A stretch of 64,000 nucleotides of DNA from Octopus bimaculoides (Eukaryota): assembly GCF_001194135.2 (NCBI RefSeq), contig NC_069005.1:14201556-14265555 (forward strand). Direction: 5' to 3'. The position numbers and the translations under genes are program-made. Positions 43,101 through 54,548 of this stretch are shown piece after piece; the stretch's first letter is position 1, and every line of letters begins with the position of its first letter. The notes beneath the pieces are model-generated. The model ran no database searches and was not told the DNA's origin. It saw only the letters and a list, made by a program, of their open reading frames with translations.

Positions 43101-46100
43101 CACCAGCAGCAAACTAACTCAGCTAATATACATAATTTACATGAAGATAACAAGAAACCATTTCAACCCCAGTTCCCTGTCAAAGACAAAAATATTTTTG
43201 CCTCGTTTGCTGAACTTGAACCCAAGCTTCACGAAAAGCCTCTGTCTGTAATCCGAGCAACAGCAAATCCAGAAGCTAGTGTTTCAGCTTCACTGGTGAT
43301 GGAGATGTTATCACCACCCTCATCTTCCACCTTCAAACTCTCTAACTGCACTTCTGTATTGAGCAAGATCTCGAAATGTAGCACCGATGTAGACACGTGT
43401 AGTTCTGATGTAAATAAATCAGCCACTAAAATACTGCAGGATATTTCTTCATCTGAAACTGTTCCTACCAAAATTACATCACCACCACCAGAAGCAATTT
43501 CTCATGGCTCTTCATTCTTTGAAAGTAAAATGAATTATGTAAAGGCTACGGAGACGGAGACTTCAGCTTCACTACCCAGAGCTGGTGAGGAATGCAGTAA
43601 AATCACATTGTCACACACTTATTCGAAATTTGTTGAAGATTTGCCTGATCAGAGAAACATGCTGAAAGTTATCCCCCTTGAGCAACCTTCCTCTGGTGGT
43701 GAGCCACAACCTGCTTCACAAGCAACATCATTGTCACTTGGAACTAAACTGTCAGTAAACCAAAAGGATGATCAACCTCCAGCAACTGAATTAGATTCCA
43801 CATCTGATGAACAGAAAGTTGTTGAAAGCAATTTGAATACAAAAATACAATGGCAGCCAAATGCTGTAGCCATGTCTTCTGATGCCAAAGAGTTGGACCC
43901 TAACATAGCTTCTGTGATCAAATGTAGTGACGATGCCAACAAGTCTGATCCAATTAAACTGTTCAAAGAGCAAATCATTAAGAATGTACTTCCTAACGAA
44001 GTATTTCAAATGAAGACTTTACCCAGTAAAGATAATTTGTATTCTCCTTCCAGTATTGTTGCCACTGTTGCATCTAAAATTGACTTGAGTTTGAACACTG
44101 CAGCATGCTCTGCTAGCTTTAAAGATGAACATGGTTTACCCTTGGATACAGCTTCTGTCAAACTTGATCCAGACAAGCCTATGGATAATGACATTTTCAA
44201 AGTTAATTCTGATTTACAAAAAGATACAGTTAATCTTAAAGATGATGCTGATACGCAGTCAGATTCAGCTAGTCCTAAAACAGATCCTTATATGCAATCA
44301 GATGAGGGTAGCCCTCAAGTCAACTCTAATGTGCTATCAAATGAAGATAGCCCCAAAGATGAGCCTGATACAATACTGAATGTAGATGGCTCCAAAGACG
44401 AGCCTGATACTCTATCAAATTTATATGTCCCCCGAAATGAGTCCAACACATTATCAAATGTTGATAGCCCCAAAGATGAACCCAATGCATTATCAAATAT
44501 AGAAAGTACTAGATATGAGCCTGGTGTATTATTAAATGTAGGTCACCCCAAAGTTGAGCTCAATACATTATCAGATCTAAGTATCCCTAAAGATGGACCT
44601 GATACATTGTCAAATGTAGATAGCCCTAAAGATGTACCCAATGCATTATCAAATGAAGATAGCCCCAAAGAAGAGCCTAATACATTAATAAGTATGGGTA
44701 GCCCCAAAGATGAGCCCAATATATTAATGAATATTGATAGCCACAACGTTGAACCTAGTAAATTAATAAATGTGGGTAGCCCCCAAAATGAGCCAGATAC
44801 ATTACCCAATGTAGGTAGTCCCAAAGTTGAACATGACACGTTGATAAATGTCAGTAGCCCCAATGATGAACCCACTACATTATCGAATGTAGATAGCCCC
44901 AAAGTTGAACCTGACATAGTAGTAAATGTCAGTAGCCCCCAAAATGAGAACAATACATTATCAAATATAGGTAACCCCAATGATGAGCTCAATACATCGA
45001 TAAATGTAGGTAGCCCCAATGATGAGCCCAATACAGTAATAAATGCAGGTAGCCCCAAAGGTGAGCCCAATACATTATCAGTTGGTGGAAGCCCTAGAGA
45101 TGAGTCCAATGCATTAATAAATGTTGGAAGCCCTGGAGATGAACCCAGTGCATTATCAATTGTTGGTAGCCCTAGAGACGAGTCCAATGCATTAATAAAT
45201 GTTGGTAGCCCTAGAGACGAGTCCAATGCATTAATAAATGTTGGTAGCCCTAGAGATGAGCCCAATACATTAATAACTGTAAGTAGCCCCAAAGGTGAGC
45301 CTGATAAATTATCAGTTGTTGGTAGCCCTAGAGATGAGTCCAATACATTAGTAAATCTAAGTAGTCCCAAAGATGAGCCCAATACATTATCAATTGTTGG
45401 TAGCCCTAAAGATGAGCCCGATGCATTAATAAGTGTAGGTAGCCCTACAGATGAGCCCAATACATTGTCAGTTGTTGGTAGCCCCAAAGATGGACATGAT
45501 ACATTAATCAATGCAGATAGTCCCAAAGATAAGTCCGATATATTATCAAATATAAATAGCCCCAAAGATGAGCCCAATGCAATATCAAATACAGACAGCC
45601 CCAAAGATAAGTCCAATACATTAATAAATGAAGGTAGTCTTAAAGATGTACCTGATATACAATCAGATACAACATGCCCCGAAATTGACCTCAATATGCA
45701 GTTTGATGTAACTAACTCCCAAGTTGATGCTAATATGCAATCAGATTCTGAATGTTCTATGGATGTGCAGTTGAATGCAACTAATTCCGAAGTTGATCCC
45801 AATTTGCAGTCGGACTCAGCTTGCTCTAGAGTTGAACTTGACATGCAGTTGGAAGTAACTAACCCTGCAGCTAATCCCATTATGCCACTGTCTACAGCAG
45901 AGGATTTGCCAATGGATTCAGCAGTTTCCAAAGCTGATGGTGGCTCTCAGTTGACTATGACTGCTGTTGTTAAAGTCAATTCTGCTACTTATCAAGACAA
46001 ATGCAGTCCTGACGAGAAGTCAGATGTTATTGACAACACAAACACTCCTCCTTCTGCATCTTGTGAGCCATCTTCCCCTGTGGTTGCTTCAGAGAATAAA

Positions 46101-49100
46101 TCTTTTCAGCAGAATCAGTCTCCGGTCGCTGGAGATGAAGCAGAGCAGTTCATCAAAACATCAAAGCCTTCGGATCAATGCCAACCATGTGAAGTGAATG
46201 ATAGTCCTCAGTCCTCTTCATTATTTCCACCTCATCAAACTTCATCATCGTCATCATCAGTATCATCTGTAATACTTCCATCATCATCATCATCATCCTC
46301 ATCCTCCTCCTCATCATCATCATCCTCATCGGCATTGTCATTATCATTGCCATCAACATCATCATCAGAGCTACTGTCTCATGAACAATTACCTAGCTTA
46401 GCTCTATCAGATATGCCTTCTCAAGAACAGAAACTACCATTGGTTATAAGGTTTAATGATTCATCTAATACATGTGATGTGAAAAATGACGAGGAGAAAG
46501 GGAAACCTAGTGTCAAGGCAGAGGTAACCAGTGTGGTGGCAGAGAAGACGTACGTAGAAACGAAGGTCAGTGAAGAAAATGCAGTTAGTTCTGTAGAGTC
46601 TTTAAATGACTCAAACCTAAATGGCATTCCTGACACTATAGGCAATGGCAATGAACCTCCTCCTGGTATCAAGACTTCCAGCCTTGATCCTTCATCAAAT
46701 CTCAGCTGTAGTAGTGATAGTAGTAATAGTAACAGCAAGACGTCTGCTATGGGGACTGTTACTTCATCATCTATGGCCAGTCCATCATTGTCTAAATCTG
46801 ATGAGGCTTCTGTGATACATAGTGAAACCTCCTCCGATAGTGCAGTACCTTCCTATAAAAAGAACCCTGGTGCCTTGATACAAAATCCAACAAACACAAC
46901 AGAATCTTTGGCTGCATTTTCTTTGAATTCTGCCCCAGTTAAAAAGGAGAGTCTTACTGTCCCCACTATCAAGATAAAAGTCGAGTCTGAAGCAACTCCA
47001 TCAGACACTTTGTCCCATTTGTCAACCTCCATGGTGATAGCTCCTGCCGCTGCTCAAAGAATTCTCTCGTTAGCAACTCTGGCCAACAAAGTCACTCTGA
47101 AATCCAGCCATGCCACACCAGCCATTAAGAAATCAAAATCAGTAGATTCTGAAAGTGGCAGTTTGTTACTGAAAGGAGAGGCAGATGGTAACCTGGTGGA
47201 AAGTGAAGATAACAGTGAAAGTGTGGATGAAAGAGTTACCGGTTCAAAGAGCAGTGCTCCAGCTCCCCATAGGGTTGTGAGTGGAGATTTAACCGACCAT
47301 TCGAAGAAGGCTACAGTTGCCATTCCTTCAGATAAAGTTCCTGAAAGAGATGTTTCTGGCTCATCAACATCTACAGAATCTCCAAACATTGAGAAGCCTC
47401 TACTTAGCAAAGATGAGGAAAAACTCTCCAGTGTTGAATTAGGGAAAACCCCTACAGCTACCGACTTGGACAAAGGCTCTGCAGAAAACACTAACAACAG
47501 TTGCCTGAAATCTCCAAACTCCACTTCTAACTCGCAGCTTGTTTGTGATCCTTCTCTGAAAGAGAAGGACAGTGAAGAGCAAAGAAAAGGTTCTAGTTGT
47601 CAGGTTACTGTTGACCTGTCCGTCTCGGTCAGCATCGAGCCCCCTCCTACTCCTTATCCTCCCCTCTCCATATCTCCAAAGGCATCTCATAAGAACATAG
47701 AGATAAACGAGAGAACTGAAATGAGGTCATCCCCCCCTGATGATAAATCCAGCTCCTTAGCTGCAGTTAAAAAGCCAGATGTGGAAATAGTCAAACCACA
47801 GCTGAAGCCATCATTTGCTATCTTTGACAGCTGCCTTGTGTGCATAATTTGCCGGAAGATGTGCAAAAGTAAGAAATCTTTCCAGGCACATGTGTGGTGG
47901 CATTTTCATGCTTGTAGTCGGATGTGCACCCATTGTCTGCCTCCTCCAGAACCCATCAGTATTAATAACCAACACAAACTTCAGCTGAATAAGTGCCCTT
48001 ATGTGATGGATGTTATGGTTAAAATATGTCGCACTCTTAAAAAGATACGTCAGGCAAAGCTGCAGTCTGGCAAAGACCAGGTTGAGCGTGAAAAAACATT
48101 TGCAGAGGAGGAAACTGACACCGAGAGCGTGGATCTAGACTACGACTTGAACAACGGTGGTAGTGGTGGCGGTGGGGAAAACAGTAGCAGCAAGATGGCG
48201 GATCTGTCACTGACCGCAGCACAAGTTGACAGCAGCCAGTCAAACAACCAGAAATCCAATGCAACCGATGACAACAGTATATTTGCTCCAGCAAACGTTG
48301 AGTATCTCAGGTCTCTCTACTCCAGTGGTAGTAACAGCAAAAAACGGACTAAAAAGTCTTCTTCCAGTGGCCCGAACCACCACCACCACCACCACCATCA
48401 CCACCACCACCACCATAGTTCGTCCTCGTCGTCTTCTTCGTCCACCTCCTCATCTGTGGTAAACTCTTCAGTGTCGTCTTCCCACAAGAAAGGGGGTTTC
48501 TATGTCTGCGGTTTTCAGTACTGTACTTACTCCTGTATGAATTGTCTTCAGTTCCGTCTGCATCTACAGCAGTGTCATAACTTTGAAACTGTGTTTCCTT
48601 GCTACCATTGTGGCCAGCTGAACTATTCAAAAGATGACCTCATCAAACACATGTACAATCATTCAAATGCGCGAGATTTTCTGCTATTTCGATGTTGGTT
48701 CCCTCGGTGTCGATTTGGTACAAACATGCTTCAGGAGTTTCACGAACACAACAACATCTTCCATGTCGGTGAGTTAGTGTTTACCTGCTTCTATTGCAAT
48801 ACGGAGTTCCCCGAACTATCTGAACTGCTCAACCATCTCCAGTCTAATTTGCTGAAATTTGTACAATGTCCTCACTGCACTGTGAAGGACCGAAACCGAA
48901 GGACTGTTTTGAACCACATATCTACCGAACACCCACTGAAACCAAAGCAAATTGTGGTCACCTGCCAAGTTGTATGCAAAAAGAAGCAAACTGTCTCCCC
49001 TGATGCTAGTGAGATACTGCACAATCAGCATCTTAAACTAAACCAGTCTCTGTCCGAAGAACGAATACTGGAATGTATTAAATGTGGCCTGATCTGTCGT

Positions 49101-51424
49101 AACATAGCAACATTACGGAAACACTCCCGCGTCTGCCTCCGAGACGCTCTTTCTAAGAAAACATTCAGCTCACCAAGAGAGAACAATTTAACTATGATCT
49201 ACTCTTGTCAATGGTGTAGTTTCCCAGCAGCCTCTGATACAATGCTTTTCCAGCACACTGTTGACCAGCATCCGGGCAAGAATGCCAATTTTGAGCAGAT
49301 TGAGCTGAAGGCACTTGACTCAGGATATGGTGAATATGAAAACCTCTCTAGAATGTCGTCTTGGCTCGAAACAACCAAGAGCGAAGCTATCATCTGCCCT
49401 TACTGCAAAGTTGGCTTTGATGATGAACTCCAGTGGAGTGAACACATGGAGCATGAACACAACCACGAAGAGCATATAGTCAAAGAAGAAGATGATGATG
49501 ATGACGACGATGAGGATGGCCATTTATCAAAGTACCGATGTGATTTTTGTGAATTTAACGGTATTTCTGAAAAGGATCTCTTAGATCACCAGCAAATGAT
49601 GACTATATCCGAGGGTCCTGACGGGCTGCATAGAAGGGTTGTTGACCTCGCAAATGTAACACCAAAAGTGACAATGTTAACGGACACCAAGTTAACTGTG
49701 AGTAACGTTCAGTCATTCAAGAAGTTCAAGAGGTCACCAAGTAAAAAGATGAACAATGCATTCTTTAAGTGTTCTGGCTGCCACTTCCGGAGCTTGAGCA
49801 AGTGGCAATCATTGCGACACGTGAAGCATTGTTCCCTTGCAAAGCGACGCCTCTCAGAATATATGAAGAAAAGAGGGTCATTCGTAAGCCGAGATGAAGT
49901 GAAGGCAGATATGGACATATACAATTTCCCAGAAAGCAACTCTGGATCATCGTCTTCGTCGTCTGAGCGACTGAGTTTCACTGCCGCCAGTAGTGATGAG
50001 CTACGCAATCAAAAGAGTTCTCGAATGATGTCATACATGCGGGACAAACAGATGAACCTGATGGCCAAGGAAGGTATTATCGACTGCACAGACAGCGAGG
50101 GATACAAGTGTTCAATTTGTAAACATACTGGCAAAACAATGATAAACATTCGGCAGCATCTGTGGAAGACTCATCTGAAACTAAAACCCGTTCGTTGTCC
50201 TTGCTGTCCATTCACGTCCTGGAAGAACTACACCCTGGAAAAGCACAAGATCAGCAAGCATCATCATTCGCATCCCAACCTCTCTGATCAAGAGATGAAA
50301 TCGCTGGCTCAGAATCTCCAAGGAACCACTGATGGTCTCGTTGAATGTCAGCTCTGTTTCTACAAGAGCCCCAGTCCATATAAAGTACGAACACACCTCT
50401 GGCGAACGCACATGCACCTTGAAATGAAACAGTGTAGGTCCTGCTCTTATAAGTGTTGGTATTGGTACTTAATGAACATGCATCGACTGTCACGACACAA
50501 AATAAAGGTAGACCAGAATAGCACGAAATATCAGCAGCAGCAACAGCAGAAGAGTCAAAACGAAAACAAAAATATGCTCGAAGGTAATGGTGAATCCAAA
50601 ACCAATGACAAAAATTCGTGTAAATCAAATGATGGTGACAATGCTGTAATGTCTGACGAAGACATGAGTCAACTAGCTAAAGAGTTGATGGAGCGAAAGA
50701 CTGATAATAAATACGAATGCACTATATGTAAATATGAATGCACACGCATTATGATAATGAAAATTCATATCTGGAAGCGCCATTTGAATGTAAAACAACG
50801 CAAATGCCAATATTGTCCGTACACTTGCTGGCTAGAAACGCGTTTGGCTCAACATGTATGTCGGATTGTAGTAGCCAGTTCTTGTGATGTTAACTCCGAT
50901 GGTGGCGGCGGTGGTGATGGTGGTGCCACAGGGCCAATACAGGACTCCAAATCTCGGTGGGTGATTTCAAAAGCAGATGAACATGGTTGCAAGTTATACA
51001 TTAATAAATCAAAGCGTCCACACAAAAGACTATCGTTTGAAGAGTTCGGAAGGCCGTGTCCAAAGAAATTCCGATCACTTTCCGAAGGCGGGGCTGCCAA
51101 TGGGAGTGCTGATAACAGTGTTGATGGCTTAGATGACTCTGAGAATACCTCGAGTTTTACTGCCACCTCAACTGTGGCAACTTTTGTCAAGGGAAGTAAG
51201 AACTTTTCTTGGATCCGACAGAAGCATGAGAAGTCTGTTTCTCAATCTTTCTTCCGCGTTAATGACAAAAAACTTTTTGCACGCACCACAGACCGTTTGA
51301 ACCAGTTGGAAATTTATACGTGTGTTTTCTGTAGCTATAAGTCCTGGAATATGGAGGCAATGTGTCACCATACTTACAAACATAAGCTACAGTGTGGTTA
51401 CTGCTTGTTCAGAGCCTACAGCCG
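40125..51424 (+). CDS. Giant coding exon of a very large multi-zinc-finger nuclear protein (AT-hook/Lys-rich N-terminus, two tandem peptide-repeat arrays, poly-Ser, poly-His, ~19 C2H2/C2HC fingers); continues into a downstream exon
   Basis: Stop-free frame of ~11.3 kb. First ATG at 40125 (MSANKKR), just after a possible acceptor TTTGTCAG (AG 40121-40122). Ends at consensus donor CG|GTAAGT (GT 51425-51426, phase 2) in the middle of a finger (LQCGYCLFRAYSR). Many C-x2/4-C-x12-H-x3/4-H/C motifs between 47841 and 51424. Confidence 0.93.
41628..42089 (+). repeat. Coding tandem repeat, 14 x 33 bp (11 aa, consensus DSE[D/Q]VNTP[C/S][T/S]V)
   Basis: Units read from the translation: DSEDVNTQSTI, DSEDVTTRSTL, DSEDVNTQSTV, ESDRVTTPCTV ... 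ESERINTPCSI; the span is exactly 14x33 nt. Confidence 0.92.
44271..45635 (+). repeat. Coding tandem repeat, 35 x 39 bp (13 aa, consensus SP[K/R]DEPN[T/A]L[S/I]NVG), with more diverged units continuing to ~45870
   Basis: Units from SPKTDPYMQSDEG to SPKDKSNTLINEG keep exact 13-aa register; SPRDESNALINVG occurs three times identically at the protein level. Confidence 0.95.
46241..46367 (+). repeat. Coding (TCA/TCC)n poly-serine tract
   Basis: TSSSSSSVSSVILPSSSSSSSSSSSSSSSSSALSLSLPSTSSS in frame. Confidence 0.9.
48378..48416 (+). repeat. Coding (CAC/CAT)13 poly-histidine tract flanked by poly-Ser
   Basis: 13 consecutive His codons in frame. Confidence 0.95.
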
Positions 51425-54400
51425 GTAAGTAAAACGTTTTAGCTTGTTTTAATTTAATCAATACATCTCTCACTTTCTCTCTCTAATTTTGCACAGCAAT
51501 CTAGTTATACGCTTTAGTTACTGAACCTTACCTTTGACAGCTATATGTTGTTTTCAAACATTTATGCACATATGTTTAACCCATTAGCATTCAGATTATT
51601 TTGTCAAATATGTTTATTCACATTGTTTTGAATTAATCATGCAATTATCTTGTAGCTTTGACTGTTTGATGGTGTGATTGTTTATTTTTTGAATGTAGCA
51701 TTGATGCAAGAGGCAGGATCTGGCCAGTTTGAACAGAAAAAAAACTGGTAGAATATTCTAGATATAGCTGGTTTTAAATTCTCTAACCCTTTGGCATTTG
51801 TATTATTTTGTCAAAAGTAATTCTTATTTATTCACATTGTTTTGAATTAATCATGCATTATCTTGTAACTTTGAGATTTTGATGAGGTAACTGTTTAGAA
51901 TGACATTGTTGGGTTAGTGTGAGAAGCCAGATCTGGCCAGTTTGAACATAAGAGGCAGAATATTTGGGCTGGGTATGGCCAGTTTAAATGCTAAAAGGTA
52001 GTTCAAAGAAATGACCATTACTATATTCTCTTGACCATTTGTCATGTTCTCCTTAAATTAGTGCAATAAATGAATCGATTGCTTGGCTTATGATAAATGG
52101 TCCCAATTGTGTTTAGTTGAAGGAGAAATGGGAATTGTGGGCACACATGCCTATCCCAGAGGCATTAGCAATATAAGTGAAATAATTTTCACTGTGATGA
52201 GAAACAAGATGGTACTCATTTTTACTAGCAGATGATGTCCTGTACAGCACATAAGCAAGCTACTATTAACTTGTTTGGATGAAGAGAAGCTAAGCCATCG
52301 ACTTTTACGGCTCAACTGGGGTCCATATAAGATTTTGTTGTTAAAATTTATACGTAGTAAATTAATTGTACTTCTACAATAAACAAAATATTTTCACAAT
52401 TCTTTTATGCAATTCCTAATAATATTTAATCATAAAAATATAGTGGGATTTTCTAGACATTGAATAATTATGAGGGATTCCACTCTACTTCCTGAGTGAA
52501 ATCGGAATCAAAGAAGCCAAAAATAGTTAAGAACTACTGCTTTAACCCTTTAGCATTCGGAGTATTCTGTCACATGTAATGCTTTTTCATTCACGTTGTG
52601 TTTAAGTAATCATGCTTTATCTCATAGCTTTGAAATTTTGATGATGTGATTGTATATTTTTAGAGTAGCATTGAAAGGTAAGTGTGATAAGCTGCATCTG
52701 ACTGGTTAGAACATAAAACAGGAAACCTATTTGGGCCAGATGTGGCTCAGGTTAAATAAATGTGGGTCGGGTGGGAATATAGAAGCTGTAAAAGAAACTT
52801 GTTGAAGCGGCAGCACATCTTGTTGGGTATTTGTTGAAACATGTGAGTGAAATGTTGCCAATTTGATGATATTGATTGAGTCTGGTTTCTATCAGCCTGT
52901 TTGATACCAGCCCATTTGAAACTGCCTCTAAGTTCTGTGATAAACACTTTCTGTTTTAATGTGATCTCAAACCTTTCATCAAAGTTTCATATTTATGTTC
53001 CAAACATCAACTTAGTAATGACAAGAATTTTCAAAATTAATTGTAATAGTGAAGCCAGTGCAAGTCAATAGAAATATGATAACTAGTGCCAAAAAATATC
53101 TTTACTAACATTAGCAAAACCAGTGGGTTTTCTATGCTATTCCTTGTGTAAACCCAATTTACAGTTTAGAAATAACTAACATTAATTGTATGGCTTTTAA
53201 ACATCTTGTTGTCTCCCTTTATGCGCTGAGTTTCTTTCAGTGATGTGTTTCCTTGGGCCACCAGACACTGATGTATGGCTTCAGTACTGTTTAACTGATC
53301 TAAGATGAATCTATTCCTGGATAGGATACCAGCCTATAGCAAGTAACATCCTCAGACAAACTTGTAGCAATTCCTGACGGCTATAAGGTCTATAGAATTC
53401 TTGTGCTATGTTCAGAAACACAACTAAGTTTTTGTATCTATTATGATTTGTCTTACACCTAGTCACTTGACCAATGTGTTTACACAACCCTTAAATAACA
53501 ATTTCTTTAACCAAACATGAAATAGGGTTAGATTGACCACACAGTAGAACTAAAACTCACAGTCCAGGAACAAATCATCTTGTATTTTATTCATCCATTT
53601 TCCTCTTTCACATTGTCATCATTGTCATTTGACATCCACTCTTCCATGCTTGCACAGGTCAGAGTTTCTTTTTTTTCTTCTTCTTTGAGACAGCTTTTCT
53701 ATGGCCAGATGCTCTTCCTGTTGCTAACCTCACCTGTTCCCAAACCTGATAATATTTCCTCGTGGAAGACTGGAAACAAACATCACCAGTTGTTTGTTGG
53801 TGATACACTTTTACGATCATAAAATGATGTCACGGCAAGATCATACACACACACACATACATAATGAGCTTCTTCCAGATTCCATCAACTAGATGCATTC
53901 ACAAGGACATGGGACCCTGACAGGTGCTACTAATCTGCATCAGAGTAGACCTGGGAAAAATAGTGGCTAAGAAACAGACCCACATACCTCAAAACCTTAG
54001 AACTTCTGACACCAGTGCCCCACTACCAGATGCAGTTTAAAACCATACCCAATAGACTTAATTGTTAATGCTAAGTGACTAGTGAGTTATGGTTGTAGAA
54101 GTGAAATAGCACAAATGGAATAATGGCTACTTTGAGGTGCAATTAGAAGCATGGTCATCTTGCAAGTGATGGATATGGAATTCAAATTCTCTCAATGGTT
54201 CTGTTCTTTTTTTGTCTCTAGTTTGTAATTTATAATATCTGAGAAAAGACTTCTCTGTACCCTGTCAACATCAAGTACTGCATCCATTTCATTCTTAATA
54301 TCCCAGTTTGTATGGTTGTAAGTAGATACCAGAGAGTAAATTCATTCAACTCTACAGCTTGTGAGTGACATAAACAACCGTTTTATTAGTTTTAGGTTCT

Positions 54401-54548
54401 GGGTATAGGTTCTCTTGTAGCCCTGATCCATGAATAGATTGTGCTCCACAATGGAATCATATTTCAGTATAGATATCATGGAATATGGTACCATTTATGT
54501 GTGTGTGTGTGTGTGTGTGTACACACCTGTGCTTATTCCTCTATTATA

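Noticed and set aside
41628-45635. 33-bp and 39-bp periodic arrays as CRISPR-like loci
   Set aside because: No unique spacers, units are codon-multiples in an open frame, eukaryotic context, no cas genes.
44543-45931. 462-aa minus-strand ORF with LGLP repeats
   Set aside because: Antisense shadow of the 39-bp coding repeat; repeats lacking a stop in one reverse frame give long ORFs automatically. Same for 41468-41776 and other ORFs overlapping the giant exon.
51426-51428. TAA as the true end of the gene
   Set aside because: It lies within a consensus GTAAGT donor, interrupts a finger, and the finger is completed by the exon at 63899.
52065-52070. AATAAA downstream of the giant exon as a poly(A) signal
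   Set aside because: Expected by chance in AT-rich intron; needs 3'-end data.
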